Shown here: positions 11,357 to 23,900 of the stretch, one piece after another
Layout: every line of letters begins with the position of its first letter
How positions within the stretch are numbered: the first letter of the stretch is position 1
Made by a program: the position numbers and the translations under genes
Notes under the pieces: model-generated
Seen by the model: only the letters and a program-made list of their open reading frames with translations
Told to the model about the DNA's origin: nothing
Database searches by the model: none
Origin: Octopus sinensis
Taxonomy: Eukaryota
Assembly: GCF_006345805.1 (NCBI RefSeq)
Contig: NW_021829898.1
Coordinates: 1 to 45,143 of the forward strand
Reading direction: 5' to 3'
Length of the DNA: 45,143 nucleotides

Positions 11357-11623
11357 GAAGGATTAAAATTAATCAAAGGACATACTAAGCATGTCTATCT
11401 GCTGGAAATAACTGTCAAAACTCTTATTTAAATCGCCAAAGTACACTGATAATAACTACAGATTTCAACCGTCTGAATGCAAACGGCTAAGACAATCTTT
11501 TGCCTTCAGACAGTTGGTTTCTGTAGTTATTATCAGTACATTTTGGCGATTTAAATAAGAGTTTTGACTGTTATTTCCAGCAGGTTGACATACTTAATGT
11601 CTTTTGATTAATTTTAATCCTTC
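11357..11623. repeat. ~267-bp imperfect foldback (long inverted repeat)
   Basis: gaaggattaaaattaatcaaa..gctggaaataac.gtcaaaactcttatttaaatcgccaaa..ctgataataactacaga is mirrored at 11500-11623. Confidence 0.9.
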
Positions 11624-11641
11624 AAATATATATATATATAT

Positions 11642-12634
11642 ATATTGTTATATTTCGGAATGGTCATTTTACCAGTTTAGCCAATAAAAAGACGCACTAT
11701 ATATTTGGTGTTACTTTGCTTCAGTGTTATTTATTTTTTACATTAATCTTAATCTTATTTCGGCCAGAGTTCTTTCGTCACACTCCTGTGACCGCATTAT
11801 ACGTAGGAGAAACGGCAAGAAGCATAGGAGAACGGGTAAATGTACATTGGAGACAACTCAAGGAAGGTAAAAGCTCATCGATTCTGTACCAAAACCCGGA
11901 CAGGACACGGGGGAATCAATCAACAACATAGAAATTAAAATATTGTCCACACATAGAACAGATGCAACAATCAGGCAAATTACAGAAGCTACACACATAA
12001 TAGAAAATAAATCTAGCCTGAATAGAAACTAGAGTGGAACACTAGCACACACACCACAACATATGACGGTAGAGGATCCCGAAAACATAATAAATACAGA
12101 TAAATAAACAAATAGAAATATAACTATATTATTTTTTTTTTCGATTTATTATTATTATTACTAGTATTGTTGTTATACATACATACATACATACATACAT
12201 ACATACAAGCATATGTAATGATAATAATAAGTAGATGTAAACACATGAACAAAATAAGAATAAACAAAAACAACAACAACAAAAACAAATTACATGAACG
12301 TATATAAACAGAAGATACAAATATTACAGGCATCCCCCACACACACACACTAAATAAACATAGACGCACATAGAGATATAAGCATGCACAAATGAAGACA
12401 TACAATAGAAATACAAAATGGCTGACGGTTAGTAAGGAGAGACACAAATAAGAAAGAAGAAAACAAAGGACCACTGATGCGGTCACAGGAGTGTGACAAA
12501 AGAACTCTGGCCGAAATAAGATTAAGATTAATGTAAAAAATAAATAACACTGAAGCAAAGTAACACCAAATATATAGTGCGTGTGTTTTTATTGGCTAAA
12601 CTAGCAAAATGACCATTCCGAAATATAACAATAT
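11642..12634 (+). mobile_element. Penelope-like element: inverted terminal repeat, GIY-YIG endonuclease tail, terminal repeat
   Basis: 11642-11797 is the reverse complement of 12477-12634; between them YVGETARSIGERVNVHWRQLKEGKSSSILY..IEIKILSTH..TIRQITEATHI (GIY-YIG, frameshifted); hammerhead-like motif at 12471-12510. Confidence 0.8.
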
Positions 12635-12687
12635 CTGTTTCAACACGAGACTTCACATAAAAAATCTTGCACAACAAACATATAAAC

Positions 12688-12724
<37 letters not shown>

Positions 12725-12728
<4 letters not shown>

Positions 12729-12900
12729 CACGACGGGTATTTTTCAGTTTCTATTTACCAAATCTACTCACAAGGTTTGGTCGACCCAGGGCTATAATAA
12801 AAGACACTTTCCACACGAGATATGTTCGATGTGTGGGACTGAATCCAAGACCACATGGTCGGGAAGCAAACTTCTTAGATAAACGGCCACGTCTGCGCCT
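12725..12900 (-). mobile_element. SINE family B, 5' half
   Basis: ttttcagtttctatttaccaaatctactcacaaggtttggtcgacccagggctata..accacatggtcgggaagcaaac. Confidence 0.7.
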
Positions 12901-13244
12901 ACATATTACTCTTATCATCTCAATATCTAAATATATATAAGAATGTTCCAATTAAAAAAAAGGACACGGCTTTATACATAAATAATAGCTTGAATTTTGT
13001 GCGTAGGGAAGCATCTTTTTAAGAAAAAGATCGTAAACTACGTGACATTTTGTGATTCTTAAAAATAGAAAAAGAAAACACACTTGCCTGGATGCAATAA
13101 TTTTTGTTGAATAAACATTGTGAAACTAAGCAAAGATTATCAGCATCCTCTTATAGAAATTTATCCCAAATACTCTGACATCTCAAAAGTTAATACCGTT
13201 TTATCTCTGCGAACTTTACCTTGGGCTTCAGATTTATTAATGTA

Positions 13245-13634
13245 CTAGCAGTATCGCCCGGCGTTGCTCGGGTTTGTAAGGGAAATAACTATACAGCATT
13301 TTTAGAGAGTTATAGCCAAAAAATAGCAAAAAAATGCATTAAAAATGGAAAAAAATGATGGTAAATTTTTTTAAATCATTGACTCATCGTAGACATTTTT
13401 AGAGAGTTACTTCCCTTTAAAAAAATATGCATGAAAATGGAAAAAATGATGGTAAATTATTTTTAAAATCGTAGACTCATCGTAGACGCGCGCTAATACC
13501 CAGAAGGGCTCGATATGAATGACGACTATAAGATACCCGGTTTTGGTTAAACTGCACCGCAAAATGTGGGAGTAGTTAGGAATCTAAATCGAAGGGGACA
13601 GACACTCACACAACTACAGTTTTATATATAAAGA
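13245..13634 (-). mobile_element. Complete 390-bp non-autonomous Helitron
   Basis: On the minus strand it starts TC(TTTATATATAAAACTGTAG) after an A and ends ..CCCGAGCAACGCCGGGCGATACTGCTAG before a T: subterminal hairpin, CTAG end, A^T target, no TSD. Confidence 0.9.
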
Positions 13635-14029
13635 TTATTGTTTTCATTTCAGAATACAGTTAATTAATTGCTTATAGCAACTAGCCAGGCTGAGAACACC
13701 AGAAGATAAGGATTTGTATGATTTTCAAAGAGGGCGTACTGTAAGTAAGTCTTATGGTGGACTTAGCCAACGTAAGAATACACAAACCCTTGGGATTCTT
13801 CTTGAGCTGTCAACAGTGCGATTGCAAAATTCACCAACAAAGGAGAAGAATGAACAGCATCCCTCTCGGGTCGACCTGGAATTTTTAACCGGTGTTTTTG
13901 AACTGCAGAATTTGAACTCAGAGGATTCTTAAATATAATCTTTGTTGTAAGACAGCTGATGTTGTAGAATAACTCCAAATCAGTCGGAGTCCTTCTGTGA
14001 GATATCTCCATTAACTTGGCTACTGAAAA

Positions 14030-14492
14030 AAGATCAGACAAAAAATGTGTGTTTATTAATTGACATGAGTATTCCTTGCAATCGCAATATAGCGGCGAAA
14101 GAATTTGACAAGATAAGTAAATATAAAGACTTGTTAATAGAAATTGAAAAAATGTGGTATCTCAAGGCGACTAGGATACCAGTGAATGTAGGATCTCTAG
14201 GAATGATAAAAAATGGTACTGAAACCTATTTGAAAATGATACCAGGCTTACCATCCCTACAGGAAGTGCAAAAAAATCGTGTTAACTGGAACGGCTCATG
14301 TACTGAGAAGAGCATTATCGCTGTGAAAAAAAACATCAATTCATGAATTAATTTATTTATTAATTTTTTAATAACATATTTTACCTATGAATTTGCGTGT
14401 GTAATCTGGGAATACATGTAATGAGCTTCTCTGCCCCAGATGTACGGAAAACACTCTGCGAGAAATGGAAGAGAATTTGAAGAAAGAAGAAA
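14030..14492 (+). mobile_element. 5'-truncated R4/Dong-like RLE LINE (second family)
   Basis: CLLIDMSIP..KEFDKISKYKDLLIEIEKMW..IPVNVGSLGMIK..SLQEVQK(shift)IVLTGTAHVLRRAL, then a 3' UTR ending in (TAA)n. Confidence 0.8.
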
Positions 14493-14493
14493 A

Positions 14494-14561
<68 letters not shown>

Positions 14562-14766
14562 ATACAAATATAATAATAATAATAATAATAATATAATAAT
14601 AAATAATAATAATATAAAATAATAATAATGATAATGATATGATAATAAAATAAAAATATAATATATTAATAATAATATAATAATGATGATGATAATAATA
14701 TAATAATAATAATAATAATAAGAATAATATAATAATAATAATGATGATGATGATGATGATAATATA

Positions 14767-14804
<38 letters not shown>

Positions 14805-14830
14805 TAATAAAATAATAATATAATAATAAT
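14493..14830. repeat. Compound degenerate (TAA/TGA)n microsatellite
   Basis: Direct reading. Confidence 0.9.
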
Positions 14831-14887
14831 AGCTGACACCGTAGCACATCTCCAGCGTAAGAAGCTGTGCAAAGGCAATAATAACCA

Positions 14888-14917
<30 letters not shown>

Positions 14918-14918
<1 letters not shown>

Positions 14919-15312
14919 CCTTTCTACTATAGACACAAGGCCTGAAATTTGAGGGAAAGCGCTAGTCAATTTCATCGACCCCATTCCGGAACTGGTACTT
15001 ATTTAATCGACCCCAAAAGGAAGACAGGCAAGTCGAACTCTGCAGAATTTGAACTCAGAACGTACAGACGGACGAAATACCGCTAACCATTTCGTCCAGC
15101 GTACTAACGATTCTGCCAGCGCGACACCTTAATATAATAATCCTTTCACTTACAGGCACAAGGCCCGAAATTTTGGTACTTAATTTATCGATCTCGAAAC
15201 GATGAAAGGCAAAGTCGGCATTGGCAGAATTTGAACTCAGAACGTAGCGACAGGCTAAATACCGCGAAGCATTTCGTACAGCGTGCTAACGATTCTGCCA
15301 GCTCACCACCTT
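14918..15312 (-). mobile_element. Two adjacent SINE family A units
   Basis: Two copies of tcctttctact..gcacaaggcc.gaaattt..aatttgaactcagaacgta..gattctgccagc. Confidence 0.8.
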
Positions 15313-15356
15313 ATTACTATTATTATTCATTATTATTATTATTATCATTATTATTT

Positions 15357-15402
<46 letters not shown>

Positions 15403-15405
<3 letters not shown>

Positions 15406-15680
15406 GTTTGACTTTTGCTTTATATTTATACAAGTTGGCTCCAAGTTTCACCCAGAGACCTCAAAAGACAACAGGTTGGAAGTTCATTTTGTTGCTATGC
15501 CTAGTGTGCCATATATTTGGTTTAGTATTTAGTGTTGTACTAGTGAATGTCTAAAAAAAAACATGCGAAAATTATGTGTTTTAAAACTTGAGATTACATA
15601 GAAAATATTTTGCGTAGGATATGAGCACTTCCCATGAGCATGATCTTTTGAAGTTCTGCCATTTTTGGGTTTCCATTTTT
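15403..15680 (-). mobile_element. Heavily 5'-truncated R4/Dong-like LINE tail (third family)
   Basis: KNGNPKMAELQKIMLMGSAHILRKIFSM* is homologous to the KIALLGTAHILRKIL C-terminus at ~700-750; 3' UTR follows; TAA tracts on both sides. Confidence 0.75.
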
Positions 15681-15690
15681 AATAATAATA

Positions 15691-15753
<63 letters not shown>

Positions 15754-15863
15754 GTTATTATTGTTATTATTATTATTATTATCATTATTATTATTATTAC
15801 TATTACTATTATTACTATTATTATTATTATTATTATTATAATTATTATTATTATTATTATTAT

Positions 15864-16400
15864 TGAGTGAGACAGCTGAGAGAGCAGTGCATGCCATCAA
15901 AGTGACACTGGAGTAAAATATACGAAGCCCAGTATACCCATCATGACTACCCGTCTGATAAGGGTACACCAGGCACATGCATCACAACCATATGTGCCTG
16001 ACATGGTGATCCCATATCAAGATAAACAGCACATGACCTAGCAGATGGGGTCCAGTTAGAATTTTCTTCTGGTCGAATAACCCATCCCGCTCAAAAGGTC
16101 CCTGAATAAGGGTTGATTAAGGGTTTTGAACGAAACACCAATGTTTCGAGAGGTGAATTATCAACCCCAAAATCCCTCTCAACCTGCTATGATGCTTCCC
16201 CCCCTACTTCCTGCTCGTGATCAGAGATGCACATATCGTCACCACTAAGGACATGCTCAACTGGTTAAGGTCAAACAACTGACAAGAAAATATGTGGTAT
16301 TGAGCAGAATATTTGCTTTAGCCAATCTTACATGATAACACTTCCAATCAGTTAAGATCAGCAGCCATGAGAACCACTGCCTGGTACTGCATCAGGGCAT
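15864..16400 (-). mobile_element. ~540-bp non-coding retroposon-like element embedded in (TAA)n
   Basis: Second copy at 36902-37296 has the same left end abutting (TTA)n; no coding similarity seen; strand inferred from the truncation pattern. Confidence 0.65.
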
Positions 16401-16710
16401 TTATTATTATTATTGTTGTTGTTGTTGTTGTTGGGCATTAACAAGTTTGATGTACCTGGTAGTATCCGCGTGCATATACTGAATACTTATGAGTGTATTC
16501 ATTTTAAGTGTTGATGTACCCGAACAAGACCGGGTGCAACAGCTAGGATTTTCTTTTCTTACATTGATATCTATGACTTTAAATACATAAAATTGTACGG
16601 CTATATACTTGTCTCTCTAAATATGTTGGAATTTTGCATCTGCATATATGTTATGTATGGACATATATATACATATATATATATATAATATTATATATAT
16701 ATATATATAG

Positions 16711-16744
<34 letters not shown>

Positions 16745-16775
16745 ATATAATATAATATATATATATATAATATAT

Positions 16776-16810
<35 letters not shown>

Positions 16811-17278
16811 AATATATAATATATATATATAAGTATATTATGGGGGCCTTTGGCTTGATCGTGAGTGGTGTTGTGTTGTGTGTGTATATTAAAGATTATT
16901 TTGTATCTATGTGCATAACTTCCTAAATTATGAAATATGCTCCTGTGTGAGAATGTGTGTACGTGTGTTCTGTCTGGGTGTATGTGCGTGCGTCTGCGTA
17001 TGTGTGTGTTGTGTGTGTGTGTGATAAAGAGAGAGGGAGAGAGAGAGTATTTATGAGTACGTTCACGTTTCGTGACTGTGTATATAATTTTCTCTATGGC
17101 AGTGTCTATGAGCTTATTTCTACATTTCTATACACACACACACACATATATATATATATACATATACACACTACCACATACATGTGCACAAACACATATA
17201 TATACGTACATGTTACATACACATATATACGTACACACACACACACACACACACCCCCACACACACACACACACACAC

Positions 17279-17327
<49 letters not shown>

Positions 17328-17599
17328 CAGACATACATTTATGTTTGTAAATACATATATAGATATTATATATGTATGTGTATGTATCTATGTATGCATA
17401 TATTTTAAAAACACAGTACAGATTTAAATGTACGAAGATATATATATGTGTGTATGTGTGTGTGTGTGTGTGTGTGTGTTTGTGTGTGTATATACATTTA
17501 TATATATTATATACATAAATATATATATTCAAATATATTTATATATATTTAAATATAAATATATATCTGTGTATGTATGTATGTATGTATAATGATGTG

Positions 17600-17635
<36 letters not shown>

Positions 17636-17911
17636 CATGACAGAGAGAGAGACATGAGAGAGAGGGAGTGACAGAAAACACAAAAGAGATTTACTATTGT
17701 GTATATGTAAGTGTGTGCATGTGCGCGTGTGTGTGAGTAATCTGCGCGCACGCGAATCCAATGTGTTAATGTACAAAAGGTAGGTGCCTAAAAACTGAGC
17801 AGTAACAATGACGTCATCGACGTGCTGGAAATAAACCAGCTCGTCCACCTTTACAGCATGTCTCCTCTTTCTATCACCACCCCGTCTAACGTTATATCAC
17901 ACATTTACTCA

Positions 17912-17943
<32 letters not shown>

Positions 17944-18187
17944 TTTTCTTTCACTCTCTCTCTCTCTCTCTCCTTCTCACTCACTCACTCATTATTTAGC
18001 CCTCAGTGTGCACAAGTGTGTATGTATGTATGTATTTTTAAATTTTTTTTATTTTATCTAGTTTCAGCTCACGAGCTGTGGCCATGCTGGGGCACCGCCA
18101 TGTATGTATGATAGAGAGAGAGAGAGAGAGAGAGAAATACATAGAGAGAGAGAGATCGATAGATAGATAGAGAGAGAGAGAGAGATG

Positions 18188-18241
<54 letters not shown>

Positions 18242-18399
18242 CATGTGTGCGATGTATATAGATGTATATTTACGTATGTATATGAACATACACACGCATA
18301 CATATATATAGACTTACCTACATACACACCAACTTACACATGTGCATATAAACACATACAAACGCAAACACACACACACCGATGTAAGATTGCTTGTGA

Positions 18400-19190
18400 G
18401 TGTATGTGTACATGTGTATGTATACGTGTATGTATATGTGTATGTATGTATGCGTGTATGTATGTATGCGTGTACGTATGTTTATATGCAGGCATGTATA
18501 TGTGTATGTCTATATGTAGGCAGGAGTGTATGTATGTACGTAGGTATGTATGTATGCCAGCCCCTTGTGGGTAATAGGTATGTATGTATGCGTGTATGTA
18601 TGTATATATGTATGTACGTATGCGTGTATATTTATATGTAGGCATGTATGCATGTATATATGTAGGCATGTATTTATGTACGTAGGTATGTATGTGGGCA
18701 TGTATGTATGTATGTATGTATGTATGTATGTGTGTGTATGTATGTATGTACATAGGCATGAGTGTATGTATGTATGTAAATATGTAGGCATGTATGTATG
18801 TACGTATGCATGTATGTATGTATGTATGTATGTATGTAGGCATGTATGTATGTACGTAGGCATGTATGTATGTATGAATATATGTATGTATGTATGTGTG
18901 TGTATGTATGTATGTATGTATGTATGTATGTAGGCATGTATGTATGTACGACGGCATGTATGTATGTATGTATATATGTAGTATGTATGTAGTTGTATTG
19001 TAGGTTATGTATTGTAGTTGTATGTGTGTTATGTATGTATTGTATGATTATGTACGTAGTCGGTATGTCATGTATGTATGTATGTGTATGTATGTATGTA
19101 TGTATGTATGTATGTATGTAGTATGTATGTATAATGCATGTATGTATGTATGTATGTATATATGTATGTATGTATACTCATATCTCTTCA
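18400..19190. repeat. Degenerate (TATG)n tetranucleotide array with GGCATG/CGTATG variants
   Basis: Direct reading. Confidence 0.9.
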
Positions 19191-19450
19191 TTCATTTCGG
19201 ACCCCTTAACTCTTTCTTTTTCCATCCTACTTCTCTCTCACTGTCTCTCCCTGACACACACACAAACACACACACACACGCACACACAAACACACACACA
19301 CTCACTCACACAATCGATTTCACCCTCTCTATTTCTTTTTCCCCTCTCTAACTCTTCTCTCACCTTCTAACCCTCTCTCTCTCGCTCATTCTCTCGAAAG
19401 CTCTTTCTCTTCTCTCCTTTCTCCCACCCACCTCTCTCTCTCTCACTCCT

Positions 19451-19481
<31 letters not shown>

Positions 19482-19788
19482 CCCCTCTATCTGTCTACCT
19501 ATCTATCTACCTCTACCGCCATCCTCCTGTCTACCCATCTGATCATCTACAGCGCCAGGCATGTAGCTCTGGGTGCTGGTGACTGTCTGTATAAATCACA
19601 ATACAGCCTAAATGAGGTTATATAAGGTGGGTGTATAGGCTGGGGGGTGGGTGAAGATGTCGATGTAGAATCGATGGGTGAGTGGGCAGATAGGATTAGT
19701 GATCAATGAAGGTGGCGCTCCGAACACGACATATATATATATATATATATACGAAGGATATGTGTAGAGCGTAGTAGCGCTTAGTAGC

Positions 19789-19850
<62 letters not shown>

Positions 19851-20306
19851 CGGTTGTTTAGTAAGTAGTAGTAGTGTAGTAGTAGTAGTAGTAGTAGCGG
19901 TGGTGGTGAACTTGGTGAAGTATCACCTATAGAATATCAATGATTTTTATATATATACTATATATATATATATATATATATTGCATATTGTATATATATA
20001 TGGTATATAGTATTTAATATATGTGTGTGTGTGTGTATATGTGTCTATATGGGTGTATATGTATATGTATATATATAAATATATGTATATATCTCCATCT
20101 TTTTTTCTATTTATAAATACATACATACATATATATATTATATATATTATATATAATATATAGGTATTATATAGATAGGTATATATGTGTAAATACAGAT
20201 ACGTAGGTACATATTTACGTATATACATGCATATATATTTATATATTATATACATACATACATATATATACATATATATACATGTATAAATATTATATAT
20301 ATATAT

Positions 20307-20364
<58 letters not shown>

Positions 20365-20365
<1 letters not shown>

Positions 20366-20520
20366 TGTTTCTTTATTAGCCACACAGGGCTGCACACAGA
20401 TAGAACAAATTACAAGGTAGAGCTTTTCTTTTGAAGGTATTGAAAAAAAAAAAAAAAAAAAAAAAAAGGAAGGGGGAGGTTCGATCAAAAGGGATCGTAA
20501 AAGGAGAGAAAGAGGACAAA
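20365..20520 (-). mobile_element. Short retroelement 3' tail (AATAAA plus (TATC)n) embedded in a GATA microsatellite
   Basis: gtttctttatt.gccacacagggctgcacacaga..ttacaaggtagagcttttctttt..ttcgatcaa.agggatcgtaaaagg; second copy at 42252-42410. Confidence 0.65.
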
Positions 20521-20645
20521 ATAAGGGGGTTAAAAAAAAAAAAAAAAAAAAAAAAAGATAGAAGATGATAGATAGATAAAGAGATAGACAGATAGATAGA
20601 AAGATAGAGAGATAGATAGATAGATGGATAGATAGATAGATAGAT

Positions 20646-20693
<48 letters not shown>

Positions 20694-21161
20694 AATTATT
20701 GGTATCTATAGGTGATATTTCCTTCAACACCACCACCACCACCACCACCACGATGACACCGATGGTAACACCAACTTCACCAGCACAACTACGACCATGA
20801 TCACTTCACTACCATGACTACATATTTCCCGTGTGTGTGTACATACATATGTGTGTGTATGTGTGTGTGTGTGTGTGTATCATATATATATATATATACA
20901 CATACACCCACCCACACACACATAAATTCGTGAATGACAAAAGAACAAGAATTACGTAACCATTTTCATTTAATTTTTATAATAAAAAATGGCGAAATAA
21001 ATATAATATTCGGGCCAGGACACCCAGCGTAACTGAATTTCACAAGGATATTTTTTATGTGCTTCTCATTAATAACATTTTTTACTCTCCTAACTGATCG
21101 AATGTTCCACTACTTGTTGAACTTCATGCTAACGTGCGTGTTTATATAGTTTATGTATGTA

Positions 21162-21204
<43 letters not shown>

Positions 21205-21232
21205 TATATAGATAGATGATATATCTATATAC

Positions 21233-21263
<31 letters not shown>

Positions 21264-21352
21264 ATATAATTATATAAAAATATTACCCTATATATATATA
21301 TATACATATATATTATATATATATACATATATATATATTATATATATATATA

Positions 21353-21390
<38 letters not shown>

Positions 21391-21496
21391 TATATAGTCA
21401 TTTCAGGTCCTCATTAGGGATTAAATGTCAGGTCCGCATTGAGGATTAAATAATCCAAAAATTTTACTATCATATAAGGAGAAAGTCAACGATATT

Positions 21497-22123
21497 ATCT
21501 TTTCTACTCTAGGCACAAGACCCGAAATTTTGGAGGAGGGGGCCAGTCGATTAGATCGATCTCCAGTAAACAACTGGTATTTAATTTATCGACCCCGAAA
21601 GGATGAAATACAAAGTCGACCTCGGTAGAATTTGAACTCAGAACGTAAAGACAGGCGAAATACCGCTAAGCAATTCGCCCGGCGTGCTAACGTTTCTTAT
21701 TTCTTTATTGCTCACATGGGGCTACACACAGAGGGGACAAACAAGGACAGACAAAGGGATTAGACAGACAAACGGATTAAGTCGATTACATCAACTTCAG
21801 TGCGTAACTGGTACTTATCGACCTCGAAAGGATGAAAGACAAAGTCGACCTCGGTAGAATTTGAACTCAGAACGTAAAGACGACGAAATATCTATTTCGT
21901 TACTACCCACAAGGGGCTAAACACAGAGAACAAACAATGACAGACAAACGGATTAAGTCGATTACATCGACCCCAGTGCGTAACTGGTACATAATTTATC
22001 GACCCCGAAAGAATGAAAGGCAAAGTCGACCCCGGCGGAATTTGAACTCAGAGCGTAACGGCAGAGGAAAAACCGCTAAGCATTTCGCTCGGTGTGTTAA
22101 CGTTTCTGGCAACTCACCGCCTT
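21497..22123 (-). mobile_element. SINE family A trimer
   Basis: Three aagtcgacc.cgg..gaatttgaactcaga blocks; head ctcaccgcctt at ~22113-22123. Confidence 0.85.
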
Positions 22124-22485
22124 CGAAGTCGATGATATAAGGAGAAAGTCTCGACAATATGTTAGGGATTATTATAGCAATACATATTGTTAATAATGAA
22201 AGGAAGAAAATGGAGAATTATGGATGTATAAATAATTTATTCATAGGTTGAAAGTTTCTTTGTAAAAACAATACAAATAGATTATAAATTATGTAAAAGA
22301 AATGGCAGACGGCAAAACTTACGTATACGCTTAGTGTCATATGCTAAGAATTGGTTATCGTGTTCAATGTGGGGCAGAATCTCATCAGGACTTATGAGCT
22401 TATACAACAAAGGTTAACATATTTCTTGGAAGAATGCAGACGAATATATATATATATTTATATATATATATTACTTTGCCACGTT

Positions 22486-22690
22486 TATCACTGACGAAGG
22501 GAGGGTTCTTACGAACTAACCCTGAATCGGTCCGATATGGTAATAATGGAATTTTTTAGAGATTTCTGTCGACGTTTTTTTGAGTAGCGTGAGTATTGTG
22601 AAAAATTATATGCTTATGGACAGGGTGTCTAATTTCCGCATATTTGGCATGAGAAATTTTTTCGTTTGCCCTTATTTATAATTTGTATAT
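22486..22690 (+). mobile_element. Probable Penelope-like terminal-repeat remnant with a degenerate hammerhead-like motif (22486-22537)
   Basis: TATCA-CTGACGA-AGGG...CCCT-GAAT-CGGTC-CGATA: intact core and 4-bp stem II, damaged GAAA. Confidence 0.4.
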
Positions 22691-23900
22691 ATATATATAT
22701 TTATATATAAAAGAAATAATTGAGATTCAGTTGAGTTAAATACTTAAGTTGAAGCACCATATCAGTGCAGTATTGTCCGTACAACTCAAAGTAAGGTGAA
22801 TAAAATCAAAATAAGCAACAGAGTATCAAGTAGTGATGAAGTGCGACCGTTCAAAGTGGCTCCATTTAATTGAACAATGCAATCATTACATCAATTTAAA
22901 TGCAGAGCTATCCTCAGCTGCATAAATAAATAGAATCTTTTTAATCAGTTGGACATATTAATATAATTTCACTCAAATTCTCTAATACAGCAAGAAGAGG
23001 GAGAAACATCTTGATTTAGAGTCTTCCCCTACCCATCCTCCTTTATAGACAGTTACTTATGCATTTTTCTAAAATCCTGACAATATTTATGACCATATTC
23101 AACTATAAACTGTCAACTCACTCTGTCTATCCATTGTAAACAGACACTGTCCTCAAGCCTTAGATTTGGTGGTTGATAAAAAAAGACTAATAAATTAAAA
23201 GTGAACCACAATCATATACAAGCTATGTATATATGTCTGTGTGCCTGTACGTCTATAGGACGAAAGGGAATAGAAGATGCATAACAACAAAGTATGTATT
23301 CCCATGTAAAATTTTACGAGAAAGACGATGAGCTGCATAAAATTTACTTTCCATTGCGATTGGGGGCTTAAAGCGGGGCATACACTCCCTGTGAAATTTG
23401 AAATACTTCCGATTTCAATGAAAATAACAACATAACTAATAGGTACTAAATAAAGACGATTTCCAAAATTTCACCATCTTACAATATTATTTAACCCCAC
23501 TAATGTGGTTTTTGATAGCATGTCGGTGAAACATGACAAAATTAGGTCAAACATGGATAAAAAAAAACAGCCTTTTTATAAAATTATATATTCTTTAGAC
23601 ACAGAACTACTCACTGTCGATCGTTGTATTGGTAAACGCTCAACTGATGAGACAGGTGTTCGAACTGACGATGATATGGTAAACTAAGTATATTTTGCTT
23701 ATCAAAATATTCCTTTTCTAATGCATAAAATTACGTTGCAAAGTCTATTATGAGAATATTCAAATAGCTCCGATATTCAAATAGCTCCGATATTGATGAA
23801 ATTTAAATCATAAAACTATTCCGTCATTTTATCAGCTTTTCCATATCTTTCACATCTCTGTTTTGCCTGCTGAAACTATAAATTAACTCACCGTACTACA

